NCBI GenBank assembly: GCA_964615185.1
Contig: CAZTOS010000050.1
Span: 1 to 16,776, forward strand
DNA length: 16,776 nt
Source: an uncultured Thermococci archaeon
Lineage (GTDB): Archaea; Methanobacteriota_B; Thermococci; Thermococcales; Thermococcaceae
Reading direction: 5' to 3'
Below the pieces are notes generated by a model that did not search any database, had not been told where the DNA came from, and saw nothing but the letters and a program-made list of their open reading frames with translations. Every line of letters begins with the position of its first letter. Positions within the stretch are counted from its first letter, which is position 1. Both the position numbers and the translations under genes were made by a program. Of this stretch, positions 1 to 7,569 are shown piece after piece.

Positions 1-194
1 GCCTCCACTTTACCCAAAGCATAGGGAGCATACTTTGCCCTTACACCATCCGTAGGCACTTTGGGTGCCAATATGCGATACTCCACATTTTTGGGCACGA
101 GCCTGTACGGCAAGCACAGTCCAAATCCATAAAAACTCCTACCATGGTAATCCGTAAAGAGGGCTCTATCCGCCGTTAAAACTATTCTCACCAT
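1..194 (-). CDS. N-terminal part of an archaeal B12-domain-like radical SAM protein, probable GDGT ring synthase (Grs) family; truncated by the window edge
   Basis: Not in the ORF track. ATG at 194-192, 1 nt after the upstream stop, and open to the window edge: MVRIVLTADRALFTDYHGRSFYGFGLCLPYRLVPKNVEYRILAPKVPTDGVRAKYAPYALGKVE. The IVLTAD..L.TDY...F.GF and A.YAPY.L.K.E pattern matches my recollection of Grs-family N-termini. The rSAM motif lies outside the window. Confidence 0.7.
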   Translation of the reverse strand, partial: MVRIVLTADRALFTDYHGRSFYGFGLCLPYRLVPKNVEYRILAPKVPTDGVRAKYAPYALGKVE

Positions 195-195
195 C

Positions 196-1578
196 TTAAC
201 AACTTCCCATCATAGATTTTGCCATATCTATTGCCCTCGGGATGGCCCTCCTGAATATGAAGCCTTTCCTTGAAATTATATCCTTAATCAGATACGATGG
301 GCGCAGGTAGAAGGACAGGTATGCCTTCTGGAGCATTCTCTTTATCTGCTCGGAAGTGAAGTTCTTCAACTTCATTACCGGGTCCAACGTTGTGTATTTC
401 CTCCAGTTGAACGTCAGGATGAGATTCTTCGACAGGGCGTAGCTCCACAGCCTCGTTCCGGGGTAAGGGGTGGCTATCGTGAACTGGGCGTATTCCACCC
501 CTACCTTCTTGGAGAACTTTATGGTCTTTTCCACGTCTTCCCTTGTCTCCTCTGGAAAACCTATGACAAAGGAACCCAAAGCATTGAGCCCGTGTTTTTT
601 CGCCTTCTTGACAGCCGCCATTGACTGCTCGGGGGTTATTCTCTTGCCGATGAAGTCAAGTGTTTTCTGGGAGCCGGACTCGATTCCGAAATAAACGGTA
701 TGGCAGCCACCGGCCTTCATAGCCCTGGCAACCTCGTCCGTGAAGAGGTCAACCCTTGAAGAGGCCGACCAGGAGATATCGAGACCCTCCTCCCTAATCC
801 TTTTCGCAATCCTTATCGCTCTCGGCCTGTTTAACGTGAATGTATCATCGAGGAACTCTATCTCCCGAATTTTGTACTCGTCGTGGAGTATCCTCAGCTC
901 CTCGATGACCCTCGAATCGCTATGCCCGCGCCACCTCTTGCCAAACTGCAGGGAGGAGGAGCAGAAAACGCAGTCAAACGGACAGCCCCTGCTCGTCATC
1001 ACGGTTCCAAATCTGACACCATCAGCTTTATACTTATCCATTGGGAGAAGGTCGTAAGATGGCATGGGAATGGTATCCACATCTTTTATCAAGGGCCGGG
1101 GAGGGTTGTTCCTTACCTTCCCTTCCATGTTTATGCTCAGCCCCAAAATGTTCGATGTGTCTTTCCCCCTGTCAAGGGCATCGATGAGCTCCCTGAACGT
1201 TATCTCGCCCTCTCCCCTCACTATGAAGTCTATGTAGGGGCATTCCTTGAAGGTTCTCTCCGGGACAAATGTAACGTGGGGACCTCCCATAACAACCTTC
1301 ACGTTCTCGTTGTGCATCTTCGCGATTTTTGCAACTATGCAGGCATCGGGCATCATGGAAGTCGTTGATGTTATTCCAACGACGTCGGGGTCGTACTTCT
1401 TTATTATCCTCTCTACGTCCCTGTAGGTGTAGTCCTCCGCCAAAGAATCAACGATTCTCACGTCGTGCTCGTCCCTAACCATAGATGCCAAATATGCCAA
1501 ACCGAGGGGCGGGCCCGTCGTGCCGATAATCGCTTTAATAGCGCTGATAGTCGGGGGCGAGATGAGCAGGATTTTCAT
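196..1578 (-). CDS. Cobalamin-binding (class B) radical SAM methyltransferase, candidate GMGT methylase (Gmm-like)
   Basis: N-terminal B12-binding domain (PPLGLAYLAS, DVVGITS, GGPHVTF, GEGE). rSAM motif TSRGCPFDCVFC, followed by FLDDTF, GIESGSQ and TPYPGT. RBS AGGTGA upstream of the ATG. The class is secure; the Gmm assignment rests on gene context. Confidence 0.85.
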   Translation of the reverse strand: MKILLISPPTISAIKAIIGTTGPPLGLAYLASMVRDEHDVRIVDSLAEDYTYRDVERIIKKYDPDVVGITSTTSMMPDACIVAKIAKMHNENVKVVMGGPHVTFVPERTFKECPYIDFIVRGEGEITFRELIDALDRGKDTSNILGLSINMEGKVRNNPPRPLIKDVDTIPMPSYDLLPMDKYKADGVRFGTVMTSRGCPFDCVFCSSSLQFGKRWRGHSDSRVIEELRILHDEYKIREIEFLDDTFTLNRPRAIRIAKRIREEGLDISWSASSRVDLFTDEVARAMKAGGCHTVYFGIESGSQKTLDFIGKRITPEQSMAAVKKAKKHGLNALGSFVIGFPEETREDVEKTIKFSKKVGVEYAQFTIATPYPGTRLWSYALSKNLILTFNWRKYTTLDPVMKLKNFTSEQIKRMLQKAYLSFYLRPSYLIKDIISRKGFIFRRAIPRAIDMAKSMMGSC

Positions 1579-3025
1579 TTAAATTCACCTTCTGAACAAG
1601 CTTCTCCCACTCCTCCTTCATAAGTATGCACCCGGGGTCAGGGGCGAGGATATCACCATAATACGCGTACGCCCTCGCCCTGCAACCGCCGCACACGTAC
1701 CTGAACGGGCAGTCCCTGCAGGCGTAATCAAGTGCATCCCTATCCCTCAGTCTGTTGAAGACCTCGCTGTTCTTCCACACGTTCACGAAGCCGTCCTTTA
1801 TGGCGTTGCCAACCTTAATGGGTATGAACACGCAGGGCTGAATGTCTCCGTTGTGTTCTATTGAGCAGTAAATCCTCCCCGCACCACAGCCGCCTATGAA
1901 CTCTGTCAGTGCCTTCGCCGCTCCACCAAACTCTTTCGGTATCTCGATCTCGGCAAAATGAGTTGGCGAAATCTTATCACCCGTGCCCCTGTCCATTGCG
2001 GTTATTGATATTCTCGCGTATGCCGGACAGGTGGAGAAGATCTGTATATCTCCCTTCTTCCATTCGTTGTAGAGGTACTTCATGAGCTCTTCCCTCTCCT
2101 CGGGAGTGAGATCTTCCCTGATTATCTCCTTCCCCCTCCCCGTGGGTATGAAGTTGAAGACTATGAACCTTCTTACCTCCAGTTCCCTCGCGAGCTCCAC
2201 CATGTCTGGGATGTAGTCAATGTTCTCGTGGGTTGCCGTCGTTGCTATGCCGACGCTGAGCCCTGCAGCTTTGGCGTTCTTTATCCCCCTGATTGTGGCA
2301 TTGAATGCTCCTTTAACCCCCCTGAACTCATCGTGAATTTCTGGGGTTGGTCCGTCAAGGCTTATCTCAACGTACCTTATTCCGACCTTTCTCAATCTTT
2401 TCGCAACCTTTTCGGAGATGGGAGTTCCGTTCGTGGCGACAGAGAGGTAGAAGCCCTTCGAGGCGGCATACTCAGCAACCTTCCAGAAGTCCTTGTTTAT
2501 CAGGGGTTCCCCTCCAGAGAAGGATATGGCGGCAACACCAGCCTCGTCAAGCTGGTCAACGATGTTCAGCTTTTCCTCAAGGGTCAGCTCATCGGGTGCC
2601 GGATACGGCGTGGCGTTGGCGTAGCAGTGCTTGCATTTGAGGTTGCACTGCTTCGTAAAGTCCCAGACGACCATAAAAGGCGCAACCAGCCTCTGGGGCT
2701 TCGTTATTCCATACTCCGCTATGCTCCTGAGTACCACGGCGAAGCCCTTCCTCATGTAGGGGTCTTTGAGGTGGCTTTTAATCGTCTCAGGGCTTGCTCC
2801 GAACTTCTCGGCGCCCTTCTCAAGGGCCTCACCGACGATTTTTGCGTGGAGCCTTTCCCTGATGCCTCTTGGTTTTAAAACCCCAGCATACACGCCAAGG
2901 GATTTCTCAAGCTTTTTGACCTCTGTCATCTCCTTTAGGATGAAGCTCGCAAACCTGTTGTCCATCACTTTATGGAGATAATCTATTATTTCCGCTTCAT
3001 TTAAAGCCGCCTCTGATGTTTTCAT
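1535..3025 (-). CDS. Radical SAM/SPASM protein with N-terminal extension, candidate GMGT (H-GDGT) synthase (Gms-like)
   Basis: APFMVVWDFTKQCNLKCKHCYA (CxxxCxxC), SFSGGEPL, and SPASM cysteines (GCGAGRIYC...PC, CRDC...CGGCRARA...DPGC), with about 115 aa of N-terminal extension. Start moved from 3040 to the ATG at 3025 because GGTGA sits 5 nt upstream of it. Overlaps the next gene by 44 nt. Confidence 0.85.
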   Translation of the reverse strand: MKTSEAALNEAEIIDYLHKVMDNRFASFILKEMTEVKKLEKSLGVYAGVLKPRGIRERLHAKIVGEALEKGAEKFGASPETIKSHLKDPYMRKGFAVVLRSIAEYGITKPQRLVAPFMVVWDFTKQCNLKCKHCYANATPYPAPDELTLEEKLNIVDQLDEAGVAAISFSGGEPLINKDFWKVAEYAASKGFYLSVATNGTPISEKVAKRLRKVGIRYVEISLDGPTPEIHDEFRGVKGAFNATIRGIKNAKAAGLSVGIATTATHENIDYIPDMVELARELEVRRFIVFNFIPTGRGKEIIREDLTPEEREELMKYLYNEWKKGDIQIFSTCPAYARISITAMDRGTGDKISPTHFAEIEIPKEFGGAAKALTEFIGGCGAGRIYCSIEHNGDIQPCVFIPIKVGNAIKDGFVNVWKNSEVFNRLRDRDALDYACRDCPFRYVCGGCRARAYAYYGDILAPDPGCILMKEEWEKLVQKVNLNENPAHLAPDYQRY

Positions 3026-3059
3026 GAGAGTCACCTTCATATCTATGTAAAAAAATTTG

Positions 3060-3077
3060 CATATTTAAGCTTATCGC
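3060..3077 (-). promoter_or_regulatory. Putative BRE/TATA promoter of the radical SAM operon
   Basis: Minus strand reads GCGATAAGCTTAAATATG, a purine-rich BRE-like element plus TTAAATA, about 37 nt upstream of the ATG at 3025. Confidence 0.55.
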
Positions 3078-3100
3078 ATTGCTCCCCTATGTTTATAATT

Positions 3101-3658
3101 TCACATAATTTCATGCTTTTCTAATTCCTCAAGGAGATTTTTTACAGCAAAACAGATGTCTTCCTCATTCCTAGCTCCAGCAACAACAATTTTGCCTGTA
3201 GTAAAGAGAAGCACTGTTAATCTTGAACCCCTGACTCTGTAAATTATTCCAGGAAATATCTCCGGCTCATACTCACAGTTAGGCAGAGTTAAAGCAATGA
3301 TGTCTAAGTCCAGATTCCCCATGTTTAGGTCTCCAGAAGCTACTAGGTTTTGAATTTCAATTGTTGGGTCATCTGAAAACTTAATTCCCAATCCTTCCAA
3401 TTGCCTTACAAGTGTTTTAACTGCTTCCTTTACTTCCTCACTGTTCTTTGCTCCCGTACACACCAGCTTTCCAGTATCAAAAATTAAAAAGGTAGTTTTG
3501 GGCCTTTCAAGCTTGTATATTGCACCAGGAAAAATGCTTGGATTGTATTCGACATTTTTTAAGTTGCTGACAACTTTTTCTAAATCAATCTCTCCATGCA
3601 GGTCTATTGATGCGACAACATTTTCAACTCTGACTTTAACTTTGCTTAGCACATCCAT
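3101..3658 (-). CDS. tbp: TATA-box-binding protein, divergent and likely a paralogue
   Basis: Two direct TBP repeats: ENVVAS..YNPSIFPGAIY..FLIFDTGKLVCTGAK and QNLVAS..YEPEIFPGIIY..LLFTTGKIVVAGAR. Start placed at ATG 3658 because GGTGA lies just upstream. Confidence 0.95.
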   Translation of the reverse strand: MDVLSKVKVRVENVVASIDLHGEIDLEKVVSNLKNVEYNPSIFPGAIYKLERPKTTFLIFDTGKLVCTGAKNSEEVKEAVKTLVRQLEGLGIKFSDDPTIEIQNLVASGDLNMGNLDLDIIALTLPNCEYEPEIFPGIIYRVRGSRLTVLLFTTGKIVVAGARNEEDICFAVKNLLEELEKHEIM

Positions 3659-3768
3659 CCTATTCACCAGGTATATATTCACGTTTGGCACCTTAACTTT
3701 ATCTAATACATGTGTTAAATAATTCTCTAATGGTGTAGTTAGGGAGTGCTGAAGAGATAGTATCTCCC

Positions 3769-4035
3769 ATGATGCTCCCTCTCAAGGCTAAGCTCCTGCG
3801 CCACAAGAATACATTGGTAGTGATTGCTCAGAGACTACAACAAAAATATGTGAAGGAGGAAATAGAGTATGTGAATGAGCGGAGTTTGGAAATGCTTAAG
3901 GCTCTCAGCGAGCAAGTTGTGGAGGTTTCTGTAGAGCTTGCTTTGATAGGAGAAGTCCCAAAATCTTCAATCCAAGGATTCAAACCTCGCGTGGAGATTA
4001 TGCGACTGTCACAAAAGCATTTTGTCTGCAAGTGA
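3769..4035 (+). CDS. Small hypothetical protein or gene remnant
   Basis: 88-aa ORF divergent from tbp and followed by a T-rich tract (4036-4056). It has no clear RBS, and an in-frame upstream ATG (3730) is cut by TAG two codons later. The segment EYVNERSLEMLKALSEQVVEV resembles the C-terminal helix-strand of DUF257/KaiC-like proteins. Confidence 0.35.
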   Translation: MMLPLKAKLLRHKNTLVVIAQRLQQKYVKEEIEYVNERSLEMLKALSEQVVEVSVELALIGEVPKSSIQGFKPRVEIMRLSQKHFVCK

Positions 4036-4146
4036 ATTTTATTTCAATTCTTTCATTCAGGCCCCATTTTTTGGCGTTAGAGTAAGATTTAAATTTCCTT
4101 AGGGTTTGAAGTATTAATGGAGGTCCAATTGAGAGGGTGAGCATGA

Positions 4147-4782
4147 ATGAGTATTGCTAAAAATGTTTGGGATGATGTTAAGCCTGGTGAAAGTGTGCTG
4201 ATCGAGCATTCTTCGACGGGAGCTCCTTACTTGGGGCTCCTGCACTTGATAAATTGGGCCAAAGAGAAGGGGTACCAAGTAGTCGTTGACGACGTCTTGG
4301 ACACTCTTTACTTGTACAAGACTCAGATGAAGTTGGCTGGATTTGACGCGAGCATCTTGGATGATGTTAAAGCCATAAAGTTTGGGGGAAGGATAAAAGT
4401 TGGCCAAGTTGTTGGACGGCTTCAGATTAAAGAGCCGGTAATTCGAGAGCGAGAGTATGGACAAATTTTTGCGCCCCTCTCGGGGGGGGCGGTAGTTAAT
4501 CCTGTTCTGGGCATTGAGAAGCTCTTCTTGCTTGCCGAGTCTAAGAGGGAAGTGTTGAGTACTGTGAATGGACTCCTCTCTTTCGTTGGCGACAAGCGAA
4601 GGATTACATTTTATTTCATCAACGCTGACTTGTTGAAGACTGCTGTTTCAGAAGCCTTGCCCCTGCTAGAAGAACTAGCCAGCACGGTAGTTAGGGTTGA
4701 CATGGAGGGAAAATCTCACAAGTTCTCGATAGTGAAGTCAGTGAACAAGGAACTCTTAGGACTCACGTTTATCCTGCCTTGA
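4147..4782 (+). CDS. DUF257 family protein (Thermococcales-expanded, RecA/KaiC-like fold)
   Basis: KPGESVLIEHSS, VVVDDVLDTLYLYKTQMKLAG, VLGIEKL, VGDKRRITFYFINADLL and LPLLEELASTVV are typical of DUF257. RBS GAGGGTGA, with a TTTAAAT TATA-like element near 4088. Confidence 0.85.
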   Translation: MSIAKNVWDDVKPGESVLIEHSSTGAPYLGLLHLINWAKEKGYQVVVDDVLDTLYLYKTQMKLAGFDASILDDVKAIKFGGRIKVGQVVGRLQIKEPVIREREYGQIFAPLSGGAVVNPVLGIEKLFLLAESKREVLSTVNGLLSFVGDKRRITFYFINADLLKTAVSEALPLLEELASTVVRVDMEGKSHKFSIVKSVNKELLGLTFILP

Positions 4783-4794
4783 GGCAATCTCTCT

Positions 4795-5110
4795 TATTTT
4801 TGGCCGCAGTAGTTTCTTTCAGAAAACAAGGTATTCTGTCATCAAAGCAGGTTGTTAAAGCATCCCAGAATCCCTCATGCGGTTTCCCGTGCTTGTACCT
4901 CTCCTTGGAAGAATCATAAGCATCAGCGGCGTAAAAATCCCGGAACCTTTGGGCAGGAGTTCATTTAGTGCCAACGTAAGGTGATTCCTGTAGTTTTTTC
5001 AGTTCGAGGTTCGTGGGGGTTGAGTAGTAATGCCGAAGGCCTGCGTGAGGGACAAATTGTAGTATTATCCAAAGAGGAGTTGCCGGGATTTTGGGTTTTC
5101 AGTTTTTCTC
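4795..5110 (-). pseudogene. Degraded IS5-like (DDE) transposase relic
   Basis: Minus-strand fragments broken by stops and frameshifts: QLLFG*YYNLSL, then LRHYYSTPTNLELKKLQE, then ELLPKGSG / DFYAADAYDS, then ERYKHGKPHEGFWDALTTCFDDRIPCFLKETT. These resemble, in the correct order, the N-terminal helix, the AD.AYDS catalytic motif and the Y..R...E..F..L...FGDR motif of IS5-type transposases. Boundaries are approximate. Confidence 0.5.
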
Positions 5111-5245
5111 TCTGATTCTAAATCTGGCAGAACATCCAGCTACGCTCTCAAGCTCTGGATTCTCTCTGTGGGAGCATAAGAATCATCTGAAAGAATTCAG
5201 CAAAAATCCTAAATAAAAGTTACTGTAAACCCCTCCTCACACTTA

Positions 5246-5260
5246 GTAAAGTTTTTAAAT
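5246..5260 (+). promoter_or_regulatory. BRE/TATA promoter of the RND operon
   Basis: GTAAAGTTTTTAAAT, a typical Thermococcales promoter, 50 nt upstream of the ATG at 5311. Confidence 0.7.
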
Positions 5261-5273
5261 GCTAACTATCTAA

Positions 5274-5297
5274 AACTTTCGGAAATTTCCGAAAGTT
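5274..5297. promoter_or_regulatory. Perfect 24-bp palindrome, probable repressor operator
   Basis: AACTTTCGGAAA|TTTCCGAAAGTT is a perfect inverted repeat with no spacer. It lies between the TATA box and the GGAGG RBS, over the expected transcription start. Confidence 0.8.
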
Positions 5298-5310
5298 GGA
5301 GGGAAATAAA

Positions 5311-7569
5311 ATGCTCAGAAGATTATCAAAGATCATTGTTGAATACAGAATTGCCTTTGGATTGGTGGCAATATTCTTGCTCATCCTTTCATCTTACGGT
5401 ATAACAAAGCTCAGCTTTGAGAGTGATACTTCGAAACAGCTTCCTGAAGACTTGAAGGCGGTGAAGGACTATTATGCACTTCAGGATGAATTCCAAAGCG
5501 GAGACGCCGCCATCATTATAGTGAAGGTTAACAGTATAGAGGAAGGAGGCGTTTATGACATAAGGGATCCGGAAGTAATCCAGGCAATCCACGAGCTTGA
5601 GCAGAGGATCAGACAGCATGAGTATGTAACAAACACAATGAGCATTGCTGATATCTACCTTCAAACTCTTGGGCGATTGCCGAAAAACGAAGATGAGGTG
5701 AAATTTGTTCTGAACATGCTCCCTGAGGAAGCCAAACAAGGATTGATAAGCTCTGACTATAGAACAACAATGATAGTGGTGACCTTAAATAGAGAGAAGA
5801 ACTCCAACGTCCTGCGGAGGGTTTATGAAGAAATCCAGAGGGATATCAATGAAGTAAAGTTTCCTAAAAACGTTGAAGTTGTTCAAACTGGAACTGTTGG
5901 GATTGCATATAGACTTTTGAAGCTTTTGCAGAGTGATTTAAATAAAACTATGGGAGTTGCTTTTCTGATTGTCGTTTTGATTCTACTCTACTTCTATCGC
6001 TCTCCAATAAAAGCAGCGATACCCCTTATTCCCCTCATCTTTGGGGTTACAATGACTCTCGGATTTATGGGGCTTTTAGGAATTCCCCTTGATATGGCAA
6101 CTACAACCGTCGGTGCCATGCTGATAGGTATGGGTATTGATTATGGTGTCCACGTAACGAACAGATATTACGAAGAGAGAAAGAAGGGAAGAAGTATTGA
6201 GGATGCTGCAGAGGAGGCAATAGCTGAAACAGGCAAAGCCCTGCTTGGAGCTGCGTTAACAACCATAGCTGGATTTGCAGCACTAAGCCTCTCCATATTG
6301 CCCTCACTGCAGAGGTTGAGTGCTGCTTTAATAATGGGTTTGAGCTTGGCAGCATTGAACGCTGTGGTGATAACTCCAGTAATCATAATTCTGGAGGAGG
6401 ACTTAAGGAAAAAGCTCACTGGTCATTATGAGATTCCAGAGATTAGAGCTCATTCGGGAGTTGTTTCTAAGGTTTTTGAAAGCCTTGGAAGAACAGTTAG
6501 GGATCATCCAAGGAGCTTCCTGGCATTGGTGCTTATTATAACCCTGTTCTTTGGGTACGGCTTGACCAAAGTGACTACTGAGGTCAGGCTTGAGAAAATG
6601 ATTCCAGAGGGAATACCGGAGATAGAGGTGATGAAAGACGTTAGGTATGAATTCGGTGGTCAAGATGAAGTGGATATCTTGGTGAAAGCAGATGACGTTA
6701 GAGAGCCAAGTGTTGTTAGAGCCATTTATCGCTTTGAGCAGAGCGTTAAGGCAGATTCTTACTACAACAACGTCTTCGAAGCCAACAGCCTCGCTGACAT
6801 TTTGATTCAGAAGTATGGCTACATCCCTAATGATGAGGAGAAGATAAAGAAAGCTCTGGAGGAATATCAGGGGCAGAGTTTGGTGAACTCGGATTACTCA
6901 ATGGCAGTGGTTCAGTTCAAGGGAAACTTCATGGGAGTAGAGCAAGAGCAGTTTGGGAGAATAATGGAGTATTTTGAGAATGAAGTTAAAAATGCAGATT
7001 TTCCACCGGGGGTGCAGGTTTCTTTGGCTGGAGAGGCTCATTTGAGTTATGTTTTGGGTGGCTTAACGAATCAAGAACTTGGCAAAATTTCAACCTATGG
7101 AACGCTTTTTGTGCTTATCATAGTCATTCTACTCTTCAGAAATGCAAAGCTCTCAGCAGCGATGGTAATGCCGATGTTACTTGGTGCATTATGGACTGTC
7201 GGCTACATGGGCTGGGCTGGAATTCCTTTTAACCAAACACTGGCTGGAATTATCTCAATGATTGTAGGTTTGGGAGTAGATTACGGAATGCATCTAACCC
7301 ACAGGTTCATGGAGGAGTTAAATGAAGGGAATCCACACCCAATAGTTATTGCTGTCAAAAGCGTTGGCCCTGGAATCTTAATTGGTGGTTTAACAACTGC
7401 TGGTGGATTTTTGGCTCTGCTGGTTGGTCAGCTAACCCCAATCCACGATTTAGGAAAAACTTTGGCTATTGGTATATTTTCATCAATGTTTGCTGCTTTC
7501 CTTGTTACCCCTGCTTTACTGCAGATATTTTACGGTAAACAAATAAAGAAAAGAGGTGGTGAAGAATGA
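5311..7569 (+). CDS. MMPL/RND superfamily transporter (hydrophobe/amphiphile efflux-3, HAE3)
   Basis: Two homologous halves, each with 1 TM, an extracellular loop and 5 TM. Motifs GMGIDYGVH and GLGVDYGMH, plus TTIAGF and TTAGGF. Start is ATG 5311 after RBS GGAGG rather than TTG 5296. Confidence 0.92.
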   Translation: MLRRLSKIIVEYRIAFGLVAIFLLILSSYGITKLSFESDTSKQLPEDLKAVKDYYALQDEFQSGDAAIIIVKVNSIEEGGVYDIRDPEVIQAIHELEQRIRQHEYVTNTMSIADIYLQTLGRLPKNEDEVKFVLNMLPEEAKQGLISSDYRTTMIVVTLNREKNSNVLRRVYEEIQRDINEVKFPKNVEVVQTGTVGIAYRLLKLLQSDLNKTMGVAFLIVVLILLYFYRSPIKAAIPLIPLIFGVTMTLGFMGLLGIPLDMATTTVGAMLIGMGIDYGVHVTNRYYEERKKGRSIEDAAEEAIAETGKALLGAALTTIAGFAALSLSILPSLQRLSAALIMGLSLAALNAVVITPVIIILEEDLRKKLTGHYEIPEIRAHSGVVSKVFESLGRTVRDHPRSFLALVLIITLFFGYGLTKVTTEVRLEKMIPEGIPEIEVMKDVRYEFGGQDEVDILVKADDVREPSVVRAIYRFEQSVKADSYYNNVFEANSLADILIQKYGYIPNDEEKIKKALEEYQGQSLVNSDYSMAVVQFKGNFMGVEQEQFGRIMEYFENEVKNADFPPGVQVSLAGEAHLSYVLGGLTNQELGKISTYGTLFVLIIVILLFRNAKLSAAMVMPMLLGALWTVGYMGWAGIPFNQTLAGIISMIVGLGVDYGMHLTHRFMEELNEGNPHPIVIAVKSVGPGILIGGLTTAGGFLALLVGQLTPIHDLGKTLAIGIFSSMFAAFLVTPALLQIFYGKQIKKRGGEE

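Noticed and set aside
55..145. Short Cys-rich minus-strand frame (MVGVFMDLDCACRTGSCPK...) as a possible RiPP precursor for the SPASM enzyme
   Set aside because: It is an alternative frame inside the better-supported Grs-like gene starting at 194.
470..2981. Several plus-strand ORFs (74-216 aa) opposite the rSAM genes
   Set aside because: Antisense shadows of well-supported genes, favoured by the higher GC content. They show no motifs or RBS.
1535..3025. Alternative call as a heme biosynthesis AhbC/AhbD/NirJ or PqqE enzyme
   Set aside because: It shares the rSAM/SPASM fold, but no ahb/nir/pqq genes are adjacent. The long N-terminal extension and the B12-rSAM and Grs-like neighbours favour a lipid role. 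Not formally excluded without a phylogeny.
4482..4489. G8 homopolymer in DUF257 as a possible phase-variation tract
   Set aside because: The frame is intact, the tract is short, and nothing else suggests contingency-locus behaviour.
4783..5245. Possible CRISPR array, tRNA or structured RNA in the long intergenic gap
   Set aside because: No direct repeats, cloverleaf or GC-rich stems as expected for a hyperthermophile structural RNA. A transposase relic explains it better.
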